Origin: Octopus vulgaris
Lineage: Eukaryota
NCBI GenBank assembly: GCA_951406725.2
Contig: OX597821.1
Coordinates: 40,176,001-40,240,000 of the forward strand
Reading direction: 5' to 3'
Length of the DNA stretch: 64,000 nucleotides
The position numbers and the translations under genes are program-made. The notes under the pieces were generated by a model. It was not told where the DNA came from. It made no database searches and worked only from the letters and a program-made list of their open reading frames with translations. Below, piece by piece: positions 11,849 through 24,752 of this stretch (positions within the stretch are counted from its first letter, which is position 1; each line of letters opens with the position of its first letter).

Positions 11849-12425
11849 ATATATATGTATATGTATGGATATATCATCATCATCGTCTTTTAACATCCGT
11901 TGTCCATGCTGATATTAACTGGCTGGTTTATTCATTTATTTAGTTATTTAATTATCTATTTATACATCCATACACACACATATGTGTGTGTATAAAGATG
12001 ATGATATCAGTTTGGCACAATTTTATTCAATTATGATACACAAGTCTTGTCTATTACACATCAGTATCTAATATAAGTCAAAGCAGGATAATATCGAAAC
12101 AATTGTTAGCAATATTAAATTTATGCTATGCTGATATCTTCACCTCATCTGTTACTCTACAAAAATACATGCTGAATTATTCTTTCAGTAAAAGACACCT
12201 GAATTTCCTGCACCAGTAAATTTCATTAAACAAGTTTTCATGTGTAGATACCCAGGGATTCATACTGAGTGCTGCATAAGGAACACACAGAGGTTTCACC
12301 AAATACAATCTTACATTACATAAATATATGTGCATTCACACACACATACACACACACATGGAAAGTTAAGCTGACAAATTATGCAAATTCTGTCAAAAGA
12401 AACATTAAAGCAATTCCCTGACAAC

Positions 12426-12730
12426 TGTTTTTGTTCCTTCTCGAGCCATGCCTGGCTCATAAGGGCCGGTTTCCTGGTTTCCTTGGCGTATAGGTTCCCC
12501 ACCTGGATGGGACACCAGTCCGTCGCAGGTGAGCTGCAAGATGCAGGAGGTAAGAGTGAGAGAAAGTTGTGGTGAAAGAGTCAGCAGAAGTTCGGCATTA
12601 CCTTCTGCCAGAGCTGTGTGGAGCTTAGGTGTTTCGCTCATAAACACGCACATCACCCAGTTTGAGATTCAAACCCACGATCCCTCAACCGCGAGTTCAC
12701 TACTCTAACCACTAGGCCATGTGCCTCCAC
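12426..12730 (-). mobile_element. Full-length tRNA-derived SINE (second family) with ~15 bp TSD
   Basis: Minus strand A-box TGGCCTAGTGG and B-box GGTTTGAATCT; flanked by caattccc(t/c)gacaac at 12411-12425 and 12730-12744. Confidence 0.85.
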
Positions 12731-12977
12731 AATTCCCCGACAACAATACATTTTTATTTCATATGATACAGAGCAACCACCAATCTCATTTCATATTGGT
12801 TCCACTTCTGTCCTCTCATATAATCAATAGTTGGTACAAATATACAAACAAAGGCAAGACAGGAGCTGTAGTAGTTAACTAAGGTGTCAATTATTTCTAT
12901 GATTCTGTTCTTAATAATTCTGTGAAGCAAGCTGGATATATGCAAAATTGAGAGATTCACTATCTTTAATCTTTTAC

Positions 12978-13195
12978 CGTTCACTTGTTTCAGTCATTAG
13001 ACTGTGGCCATACTGGGGCACCACCTTGGTGAATTTTTAATTGAATGAATTAATGCCAGGACTTATTTCTTTTTAAGCCTGATACTTGTTCTATCAGTTT
13101 CTTTTGCTGAACTGCTAAGTCATGGGGATCTAAACACAGCCACACCAGTTGTCAAGTAGGGATGGGAAACAAACACTGATACAAAGATACATACA
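12978..13195 (-). mobile_element. 3' half of the abundant tRNA-derived SINE
   Basis: Reverse complement of the SINE 3' half. Confidence 0.75.
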
Positions 13196-13233
13196 CCTAT
13201 ATAGATTTATGTGTGTGTGTGAGTGTGTGTGAG

Positions 13234-13267
<34 letters not shown>

Positions 13268-13394
13268 ATATATATATATATATATATAAATATGCATAAA
13301 AACTTACTTGGAAATGGATGCATGGCATTCATTCAGTTAAATAATAATATAAATAATATATATATATATGTGTATATATATATATATATATATA

Positions 13395-13800
13395 GATGCA
13401 GGAGTGGCTGTGTGGTAAGTAGCTTGCTTACCAGCCACATGGTTCCGGGTTCATTCCCACTGCATGGCACCTTGGGCAAGTGTCTTCTACTATAGCTTTG
13501 GGCTGACCAAAGCCTTGTGAGTGGATTTGGTAGAGGGAAACTGAAAAAAGCCTGTCGTATATATGTGTATATATATATATGTATGTGTGTGTATATGTTT
13601 GTGTGTCTGTGTTTTTCCCCACAACATCGCTTGACAACTGATGGCAGTATGTTTATGTCCCTGTAACTTAGTGGTTTGGCAAAAGAGACCAATAGAATAA
13701 GTACTGGGCTTACAAAGAATAAGTCCCGGGGTCGAGTTGCTCAACTAAAGGTGGTGCTCCAGCATGGCCACAGTCAAATGACTGAACAAGTAAAAGAGAG
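13395..13800 (+). mobile_element. Full-length abundant tRNA-derived SINE with internal TA/TG microsatellite
   Basis: A-box tggctgtgtgg, B-box ggttcattcc, caccttgggcaagtgtcttctac core, internal microsatellite, aaagag tail; many copies in the window. Confidence 0.9.
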
Positions 13801-14747
13801 ATATATAAATGTATATGCATATATGGGTATAGGGCATCACCAACAGTAAACAAAATGAGATACGAAAACAAATGAGTTAAATATACAAACAACGAGAGGA
13901 AAAAATGGAAAACGGGACAAGTAACACAAAGAACGACCCTTCATCAGTTGTCATCTGTCTATCTACTCCTCATTTCGAGTATTCAATGACAATATGAGTC
14001 TTCAAAGACAGTTGCTCCCATTCTAAAATAAAATTTTGGATTTATGGAGGGTCAAAGTTGGGAACAAAATCAGGATAGTCAAGACATAAAAGGAAAGTGA
14101 ATGAAAACAAACATACAAGGTTGTTAGACCAGTCAGAGCAGATCGAGGGTTAAAAAATGAACGCTGGGAGAAAATACTTTCTTTGAAAAGTGAAAAGATA
14201 GCAGAGAGATAGAAAACGTCCAGTCCTTAGGACGTCCTGGAGGAAATGAAAGATGGTCACATGAAGAAAAGAAAGATGGACGATGGTCATGTGTGAGCAA
14301 CGGGAGAGAAAAAAGAGAAAGAGAGGGAGAGAGAGACAGATAGAAAATGGTGAAGGGGAGAAAAAAAGATGGGGGAGAATGGCTTCCTTCAGTTTCCATC
14401 CATTCACAAGGCTTTGGTCAGTCTGAGACTATAGTAAATAAAATTTTCCCAAGATGCCACACTGTGCAACTGAACCCAAAACCCTGGGGTTGGGAAGCCA
14501 CGTTTCTATCTGTTTTCACCTGTAGCTAAAGAATTCCATCCAACTAAGAACATAAATTAAAGTGAGTCATCAACATCAATAATTTTATTGCATATTTTAA
14601 AAGTGCAACAACCAATCATTCCGTTTCTTTTTATGTTTTTTCAATATTAATGAGAATGTCCCCCAACTGCCACTGTGCGTACTTGGTATAGACAAGCTCC
14701 ATCCAACAGAAATCTGGAATAAGCATTGACTGATGCAGAGTGTGTGA

Positions 14748-15378
14748 ACATCATCATCATCATCATCATCATCATCGTTTAACGTCCATTTTCCATGCTA
14801 GCATGGGTTGGACGGTTCGACCGGGGTCTGGGAAGCCAGAAGGCTGCACCAGGCTCCAGTCTGATCTGGCAGTGTTTCTGCAGCTGGATGCCCTTCTTAA
14901 AGCCAACCTCTCCATGAATGTAGTGGGTGCTTTTTACATGTCACTGGCACAGGTGCCAGGGGAGGCTGGCAGTGGCCATGATCGGTTGGTGCTTTTTAAG
15001 TGCCACCGGCACAGAAGCCTGTCTAGGTGGTGCTGGCATCAGCCACGTTCTTTTTACATGCCGCAGGCACAGGTATCACAACTACAATTTCCTTTTGATA
15101 TTTAATTTGATGTTGATGTACTTCACTCAATAGGTCTCCTCAAGCACAGCAGGTCACCCTACGATCCAAGGTAAGCACAGCAGATCGTTCTGCAATCCAA
15201 GGTACTTTGGATGGGCTGGGGCTATGCAAAACTGGTGCAGGAAGCAGCCATGAACTCACATTATTTGTCGGATCTTTGCAGTCACAGCATATCTCCAGAG
15301 ATCTCGGTCTTTCATCATTGCCTCTATGAGGCCCAACGTTCGAAGGTCATGCTTGACTACCTCATCCCATGTCTTCCT
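14748..15378 (-). mobile_element. RTE LINE 3'UTR plus ORF end
   Basis: Homology to 52027-52460, including gtcacagcatatctccagagatctcggtc. Confidence 0.85.
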
Positions 15379-15996
15379 GAAACAAATGAAATGCTGAGTT
15401 CACTAATAACTTTTCTAGAAAGGTTGTAGTACCAAGACTTAATACAGGGTACTGAGACTTTTTAGTCTTGTAGCAGACATCTTCTCTAGTGCCAGCAGTA
15501 ACACACCAGCATGCATCTAGTGAAACTGCAAAGGGGTTGCTGATAGCAAGAGAATTTAACCTTAAAAGCCATGGCAACAAGAAAATTAGCCAGACAGGAA
15601 GAACTGCAATGAATAAATTTATGCAAGCATGTGGTTGGAAAGCAAGCTTAAAACATACCTTTTAGAAATTAACTGGTAAAACAGAAATTTTACCATACAA
15701 TAATGAATGCAACGGCCATAATAGTTATGATGTGCTACAGACAGCAGCTCAAATATAACATGCTACTTGTCAAATAAAAATGCTTGCAAAGCAGCATCCG
15801 TTTCACTGCTGCCCTCCTTTTAAAGAAGTAAAGTTTTCTCAGTGACTCGAATCTTCTACAAAATCAAAAGAAAAAGCTATTTTCTTGAGAAATGTTTTTC
15901 AGTTATTACAAAGGAATATGGGTTGTCTGTGAAATGTGCTTTGTATGATTATTGCTTGCTACACTAACTTTAGTCATTAGTTAAGTATGTTTTGTG

Positions 15997-16230
15997 AAGG
16001 CGGAGAGCTGGCAGAAATGTTAGCATGCCGGGCGAAATGCTTAGCAGTATTTTGTCTGCCGTTACGTTTTGAGTTCAAATTCTGCCGAGGTCGACTTTGC
16101 TTTTCATCCTTTCGGGGTCGATAAATTAAGTAACAGTTATGCACTGGGGTCGATGTAATCGACTTAATCCGTTTGTCAGTCCTTGTTTGTCCGTCTGTGT
16201 TTATCCCCTTGTGGGCATTAAAGAAATAAG
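15997..16230 (+). mobile_element. tRNA-derived SINE with Nin-domain-like core
   Basis: gagttcaaattc B-box followed by gaggtcgactttgc.tttcatcctttcggggtcgataaattaagt; reverse copy at 57069-57275. Confidence 0.75.
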
Positions 16231-19200
16231 TATGTTTTGTCTTTCGCTATTTTAGCTGATGTAACCGAAGATGTTACAGCTTTCAACAGTCTCAGTAATA
16301 ATATATTACATCTTTCTTTTAGATAGTAAACCAGTCAATCAGGAATCACATTGGTAGAGAATTGTAGACTGTTATTTCAGAGAGACTGTTATACAATCTG
16401 CAACTATAGCAATGGAAGTGTAGTCCACGAATACATAATAAAACGTTTTGTAAAGTTTTAAGCTGGTTTCTTAATTTCATATCTATCACCTTTTTGAGTT
16501 TATTGAATGTAGCTGATCTTTTATAGAGTTAATTCTATAACTGTCTTAAATTCACTTTCAGGCAGGAGATATCTCCTGGTTCCAGCACAAATTTATAAAA
16601 ACTAGAATTCACTGTCACCTTTACATGATATTGTATCTTGAGGATAGTAGAACAAATTTCTTCTGTTAGATTTTTATGAGATTTTTTTTATATCATCATC
16701 ATCATCATCATCATCATTTAATCTCTGTTCTTCACGTTGCACATTGGTTGGATAGTTTGACATAAACAGACAAACCAGATGACGGCACCAAGTTTGAATG
16801 TCTGCCTTGGCAGGTTTTCTAACACCAACCACTTCAGGGTATATTAGGTACTTTTTCCATGGCACCAGTACTGGTGAGGTCACCAAGTATCTGCAAGACA
16901 TACCCTTCACATAACTGAGGTACAGCATTGAAGGATAAGAAATTATGATAGAGAAACAGAAGCAGGTGTCTTGCTGAAGACATTAGATATTTACCATTTT
17001 TTTTTATTCTACTTATTGATGAAGTTTGGCAGTTTTTTGTAAATTTGAATAACTGAATGAATTAAAAGTTATTTTATTTAGTAATTACTGATTTCACAAG
17101 CTATGGAATCCAAACAGCACCTTTTCTAAGTTAAATGTAAAGTAAACCATTTTGCCTTTTATGTAAATTGGAATATTATTATAGATAGAACAGATTCCCA
17201 TGATTTTACTCAGCAATATATGAAAAATAAATATGTAATATTTCTATTTCTCTTAAAAACTCTTCACCTTAATCTCCCTATTTCTGCTACTAAGGATTTA
17301 ATATCCTTCAGAATGTTGCCATACTTTTAATATTTATTGTTCACATATTTTCTTACAGCTAAATTTTGGCTTATCAACTCAATAGTTCCACTCATGTTAG
17401 TCTTTTCTACTGCTTTCTTCTTTATTAAACCTACTTTTGAAAGAATTATCCGGTTCTTCATAGCAAGACTTTGTCCTCAGGTTTATTTTTCCATGATTAC
17501 AGTCAACTATAAATCACTATCATTGTTGTTTATTTATTTAATCCCTGTTACACATCTTCCCCCTGCAATAACTCAATTTATAAAAACATATATGTATATA
17601 TAATTTGTTTTATTTTAATTTACATTTCTATCATTTAAGAATTTTGATCCCTCAGAACATATTGTATTATCTTCTGCTTCAAGGGATTAAACAACTCATA
17701 AAAAGAATTCATTTTTCACAAAAGCTTCATATCTGTGGAGATTATAATAAAAAATATTCCAGTGTAAGAACATATTATGCATATATCAAGTAGAAAACAA
17801 AATTTCCTGAGTAAAACATGTTAAGCTCTTCTTCAGGCAGGTTAATTTGATTATATATGGAAGATTTAAAAGGAAAAAAAAAAAAACCATATCAGTTCTA
17901 TTTCTTTGAGGCAATATTGCATTGCATTTTATTTCTAGGTGTATTTCATTTCAAAGTAAACAAGGATCACCTGTGATCAAGACTTTACCATTTCTAAGAA
18001 GTTAAAAAATCCCAAACATGCCGATAGAAATGTTTTATTTGGTTATGAAAAGATTTGTATCTTTGTAAATAAGCAGTATACAACCATCTGTTCGTATGTG
18101 TTGCAATAGTGTTGAATGTGTTGAATCAAATATTCTAAATCTCTCTTATAGTGTATAATGCTTCAATAAATACGATATACATTAAGATGTCCTAACTATA
18201 TCATATCTCCCAAGTAATTTCACAGTAAACTGAAACCAGAGTCTCATTTAAATTTCCAGCTGGGATCCTATTGTCTAAACTTATTGGCTTTATTTACAGT
18301 GAGTTCTCTGCCTTTGCTGCTGTTCATGATTCATATGACACTGTATCATTCATAAAGATAACTGCATTAAAGTTATAATATTCACCTTAATTATAGCAAA
18401 TACTGTGGAGAAAATGGTAAGCTCTGGTAAGCAGAAACAGTGATGAGGTTTTAATTTCTAGTAGTTATGATGGGCAACACAATAGCAGTTTGAATATGTT
18501 AGTTTGTCAAAAGAAAACACCACACATTTTACAGGAACCTTCATTAAATACTTCTCTTCTGAAAGTTTATTTATTCCATTCACCATAGATGAGACAAGGA
18601 GGAAGACTCCACCTTGTTGGTGCTACCAAGTTCAAAATAATCCACAACCACTTCATATCAGTAATATATTTTAAATAAATCTCTAGTCTGTGCCCATCCT
18701 GAAAGACACTTGTATAATTTCAGATTTTCAAACTTTTACTATGTTAAAACTCTCGAAACAAATAGTTTCAGGATTCTCCAAGACTAGTTTTTACTGAAAC
18801 CTACAAATGAATCTTTAAGGAAACCAAGAAAATAATAAAATTCTACAAACAGATATCTCAAGCAGAACTTCTTTCACCAAGTGATTCTTCATTAATCACA
18901 ATAAAACAAGTATTTTTCAATAGAGATGTTAGATAAGAAACAAATCTGAACAATAGGCTCCTGTCATTGAAAGAATTCCACCAATTTACAAGAGACAGGA
19001 TTGCTCAATTGAATTGACCTTTTACATTTGATAGTTATTCTATCAATTCCAGAAACAAATCAGAGTTGACTGAAACAGAATAATTACTTAGAACATCAGA
19101 ATGCAGAAACTAAATACAGTATTTTCTTCAAGTCTGGCACCCTACAATTTCTGTGGTCTTGGTGCTTTATGGTCAAGAATGATTTAACAAAGCAGAGAAA

Positions 19201-19650
19201 ATGGGAAATAATTGTGAGTTCAAGCTAATAGACTCGTTGCAATAAGGAAATTTTCTGTAAGGTCATAAGTTTAAATCTTACTAAAGACATTGAACTGTAT
19301 CTTTAGCCATATTATCACAGTTACTGTCTCTTTCTGTCTCTTTACTTTACCTTGGCTTGTGTATGTGTGTGTGTCTATAATTACACACACACATGCACAC
19401 AGACAGACACACATACACACACACACTTTTGTATAAGATGCATTACTTTATACTTGATTTTAACTGAGAAATCAGTCACACAACTTATAAGTAAATGCTG
19501 TACGTATATATTTATCATATGACTGAGCAGACTATTAGATGTCATTGTACACCGCTGGTCAAAATGCACTTTGCATTATTTTAGCTTTCAAAAGATGCCA
19601 CTCCACTGGCTGGGCAACAAGGCCAACACATACACACACACACACACGCG

Positions 19651-19728
<78 letters not shown>

Positions 19729-21255
19729 CATACACACACATAAAAGTAGTGAAATTAGTGTAAAAAAAGTGCAAATAATGGTAAAACATTTGCTGCCAAA
19801 ATTAAAATTTCAAATCATCTGAATTTGATATAAAACCTTAGAATCAAAGAAAAAGGAATTTTATTTGCAGGATGCTGCCCATGGATTTCTGCCAATTGTT
19901 GTTGCTTTCACACCAGGTCAGTCCTAATTAGGCAGATCTATGATAAAGAATTGTTCTGTATGTCTTCCCTTACAGACTTAGTGTATCCAACATTGTATTA
20001 TCCAAAGTGCCCTTCCTTATTATATATGATTAGAGAAGAATTTGGCTCCTATTTTTGATGTCAAATAGCCAAGTAGAGTTTCCTTAAGTTCATCTACTCA
20101 TTTGTCTCAAATTAGAGCACTTAGCTTGTTTATTGGCTTTTTCTCTTAGTATTTGGTGCAGAAATGGCTGTATTATAAAGGAATTCACTTTGCAACCATG
20201 TGACCTCAAGTTGGGTACCCCTGTGGGCTTTTGAGACAAGTGTCTTCAATGGTAGCCTTGTATTAGCCAATACTCTGTGAGTGGAATTCAGTGGACAGAT
20301 ATTGTGCAAAGACATTTCTCCTTTGTGTGTGTGTATGTGTGTGCATAAATGTATATGTATTTTTTATTGATTTATGCCAGCAGAATTTATGAGAACAACT
20401 GTGAGAAAACCAAAAGCAGTACTTTATGAACGAAGTTTGGTGACACATTTCTTTGTCATTGTTGCCATTAGAAAGTAGTGAATCAGTGATTGCTCCACTG
20501 GAAACCTGGAACCAATCACACGATTGATCGTAAATTGTGGTATAAATAAATAAAACTTTTTCTCATGCTCAGTATTTTCCTTAACTAATCTCATTGTGGA
20601 TACTCGTAAGTTAAGTTTGCTCTTTAAGCAAGCAGTGTAATCATGATCAATTACAAGCCACTTACATTTTCAGAACTTGAAATATTAGCTAATTAAAGAT
20701 GGCAAGTCATCAAACATTGGATTTTTAGATTTACTAGTGTCTTATATATGTCCAATAATTTCAGAGAAATCTCTCTCGGACTTCCGTTAATCGCAATTAG
20801 ATTATTGTAAGTGAATGAGTCTGTCTGCAGAAATCAGAAAGTCTAAGTAAAGTGTAGAAGTTATAACAACACCAGCCCAGAGCAAAGACATTTTTATAAA
20901 TTCATCTTGTGTTATCACGTGATATTTTGTTTCATACACACAAAATAATTTTTGGAATATAAAATAATGAAGATAATTAAAACTCACAGCTATTGTGTTA
21001 ATCTGTTACATATGTCCTTAGGTATCCTAGTTTACTTCAATTATGCAAGCTAGCCTGAAAATACTAGTTAGATATAAAATGGTTAATTATAAAATGTTAA
21101 GTTTAATGTAAAGATAAGCTATTATAAAAGCATTTAACACATATGTAAAGTACAAATACCAATTTAATCAGTGCCACCACCAAAATATAATGCTTTATCT
21201 TTCTACTTCTTTAACTCATACTCTCAGCAAAATAACTAGTTGTTTAGACATGACT

Positions 21256-21725
21256 TAACCATTTTGTTACCAAATTTCTGTTGAAATACACAGCCTTTGT
21301 TTCAATTCTAAACATAACGAAGAATTTATTAAAATAAATTCGTCATTATTAATCTGGTGTCTGCATGTAACAGGACTACATGTGAACTTGTTTTCCTTCT
21401 GAAACCCCAAATGTGAAATCTACACCTCAACAGCAAATGATGACTACAGCTGCAGCATTTGTGCTTATCTGATCTACTTGGTCTCACAGTGGTGCATTTG
21501 TCAAATTCATCAAATTTAGTTAGTATTCATGAGGGATGTGAGGAACTGGTTGATCAGAGCTGACGCAACCCATCCCAGATGAATGCTACATAATTACAAG
21601 TAAGTACGAGTAGAATATAAATTAACATAGAATCCTGATGGAAGGTTTTAATTTATATCACTTTCAAATAAAAAGGTGTATCATGGAACCAGGGTAAGTC
21701 TCATACATATCGCTATCAAAAGAGT
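21256..21725. mobile_element. Degenerate TTAA-type MITE interrupted by a ~245 bp insert (21365-21610) resembling a LINE 3' end
   Basis: Starts ttaaccattttgttacc; internal similarity to the reverse complement of 63612-63840; the insert ends in caagtaagta. Confidence 0.45.
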
Positions 21726-23739
21726 GAGTAATAAGCAAGTAGTTGATGATTTTGTTTTTGATAGTTATGCAACATAATTAATGGTGTAGATGGTTGTGGG
21801 GCCATCCATTCTAATAGCGAGGGTAAAGATGAGATGAAAGAAGTTCAAATAGATGTTATCATGTTGACAATATGGGGTTCGTTTGCCTTCTATTAGAGAA
21901 GGAAAATTCTATGAAATTACTGTACATTAAGGGTGGATGATCTCAAGATTGAAATGAACAGAATGTGATCCATTGGATACGTAATATTTTGTAGAAAAGT
22001 GAAACAATTGTGAATCATATGACCAGCACAGTGTTCCAGATTAATTTGACATTGTAGCTTAACATCAGACCAACTCTGATCAAAAGCATTCCAGCCATGA
22101 CTATCCCATTTTTTATACAGGTATCTCTTTTCTCTAATTCTATGTTCACCATTTCAGTCATGAAGTGTACAGGAGAAGTAGTTCTTTGAAAAAAGAGGGG
22201 GAAGCTATGACAGGGACCGAGCTGGGGAATTATAGAAGTTAGGTTCCAAATGTTTGGCCTTATAAGAAAAAAAAAAGAAAAGAAAAAATTTAAATACTAA
22301 CATAAAAAAATTGCATGTTAAAGTGAAAATGACAGTTGATGTTGTTGCTGTTGTTGTTATTGGTGGTGTTGGTAGCATTGATAGAAATAGTGGTGGTGGT
22401 GGTTGTGGTGTCTTAAATAATTATGGCCTGCTTCCTTGTGACGATACACTGTGGACACTGTATTATTTCACAGGTGACCTATCATCAAATTCCATTAGGA
22501 TGATGCCAGCAAAAATTATAAAGTATATGATGAAGTGAAAGCAGGTAGTTAGCCAACACATACCAGTTACTGAATGCCATTAATGGCATTGATTTCTGAT
22601 AGTTCCATACTACGTAGCTAAGTAAACTGTTAATGAAGTGGAAGAGAACCTGCCGTAAATTAGTCCACTGCATCACTGAGTTTTTGGCTTTTGGATTATT
22701 CTTAATTTGGAGTTGTGAAATTTCAGGCATTTAAAGTCCATGTATTTAATATACTTTACATTGTTAGAGGAATGACGTAACTGAAGTATGTGATGGATTT
22801 AATACCAAGTATTAAACTATCTAATTATGTACCTTGATGTTCTGATATCCAATTCTGCCAAATTATTGATTATTTTGCCAAATTAAAACACAGTGTATTT
22901 CACCAGAAATATAGTTTCAAAAATGTTGTGCTGTGGTGTAAATCCTCTGCAGATTATATTAATCCAACAATCAGAGACGTTTTAAAATCATGAAATATTT
23001 AAACAGACACTTCAGGTTCTCTGACTTGTATCAGTTTAGCAATCAGAGACATTGAGGAATCATGAACTTTTTTAACAGGCAACACATGTTCAAGAACCTA
23101 GACTTACATCTTAGAAATATGGAGCATTTAACCAAATGCCACATGTTCTGTAACTTATATTAGTTTAACAGAGACTTGAATCATAGAACTGCAGAATATT
23201 TGAACCTATACCACAATGTGTGATGTTTGTTCATAGAAACTGCTACTGATTGGAATTTAAGATAAAAATTTTGCTCTAATTGGTTTTGTTGAATTCCAGT
23301 GAGTTAATATTAATATTAAGAATTCCAGTGAGTTACTATTTATCCCAAGTCCTGATGAGGTACTGAGATGTTGTTTTGCTCTGATCCCACTGATTAAAGG
23401 CCAAAAGCATTCTAACCAAAACCATCATGTCCTTTTTTATTTTAGGTATCTGTAGAACTTCATAATCTGAGATGTCCTTCCCATTTTAAAGATAGAATGT
23501 CATGAAGATTTGCTTGATATTTCTAGCTCACCAGACATGTCTCAGAGAAGTTTAACCTCACTGAATAACAATGAGACAGAATAATAATTCAGGTTTCCCT
23601 TTTTTCGGTCAGACTATTTCTGTTTTTCTCTGCTGTTATGCATAAATCTCTCACATCTTTAATCTTTTACTGGTTTCAGCTTGACACTAAGGCCATGCTG
23701 GAGCACCCCCTTTCAGTGTGTTTGGGATTCTTTACTGTA

Positions 23740-24030
23740 CTATTTCTAATGAATCAATGAGTTCGATGGATCCACTCCTCTTTGTGCCTCCTGTCGCAAT
23801 GTGGATTCATCTGGTATCTCAAATAAAAATTTGTCCACATGGTTTTGAAAACCTCCACATCTACACCTCACAAATCTCTGAGGTTGTTTGGCAGTATGTT
23901 GAATAGTCATGGACCCTTAAATCCCAAACTCCATGTTTGCAGTATGTGGGATATTTTAAGTTTGATTGGTTTATTGATTTCAGATCAATTTATGCAATAC
24001 CTTATATTTGTTTTAATAACAACCTGAGCA
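23740..24030 (-). mobile_element. CR1/L2-group LINE 3' end, degenerate
   Basis: Minus strand SLGFKGP*LFNILPNNLRDL*GVDVEVFKT..DKFLFEIPDESTLRQE..SNSLIH parallels ORF 4117-4389. Confidence 0.75.
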
Positions 24031-24713
24031 TTTTCATGCAGACCACCCGGAGGGATTGACCGGATGAAACTGCACAACATGTCACTAATATCTGTTTGTT
24101 TTAACATGGTGTCTTCCACTGATGTATTTTGAAAGTTGTTATTCCTACTTTTTGCTGACAGAATGTTTTTATAGTTATATATATACGTAGAAAATAAAAA
24201 AGAAAACATCTTGTTCCATGCAGATGACCCTAGCCTCTCTCCTATCAAACATCTTTGGCTGACTAACACCAATTCAATAACAACAGCTTGGTCATGTTTC
24301 TGTCACATATAACACAATCAATCTCTGATGATTCAGATAGGCAATGAAATGAATTTGTACAAGGAACGTATTCCCATATTTGCTTAACTGTAGTAGATTT
24401 GTAGTTTGTTCTGTTCATTTATTGATTTCATAAAGCTCATATTTATTTGTTTTGATAACTACTTGAGCAGTTACCTGGATCATACACGAATTGACCAAAT
24501 AAAATGCTGTTGTGTTTTGTTGTGTGTGTATTTCATATTATCAATTTAAAGAATATGTAACTACAGAAAGTTACTACAGAACATTTCAGAAGTCATAGAG
24601 GAGTTGGGAGTTGAGAATTCCAATAACATGCGGTTTTCATTTCAAAGGCTTCAAATAAAATGGATTTATTTGACTATGTATGTTTATGTGTGTAATATAT
24701 ATAGGTGTGTGTG

Positions 24714-24752
<39 letters not shown>

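Noticed and set aside
13395-13470. tRNA-like heads with A/B boxes as tRNA genes
   Set aside because: They continue into SINE bodies and lack a full cloverleaf
23352-23400. CTGATGAG motif
   Set aside because: No stem II or GAAA partner; lies in an unrelated degenerate repeat
24205-24400. Peptide PSLSPIKHLW resembling Tc1 SPDLSPIEHLW
   Set aside because: Too short and decayed to support a transposase call
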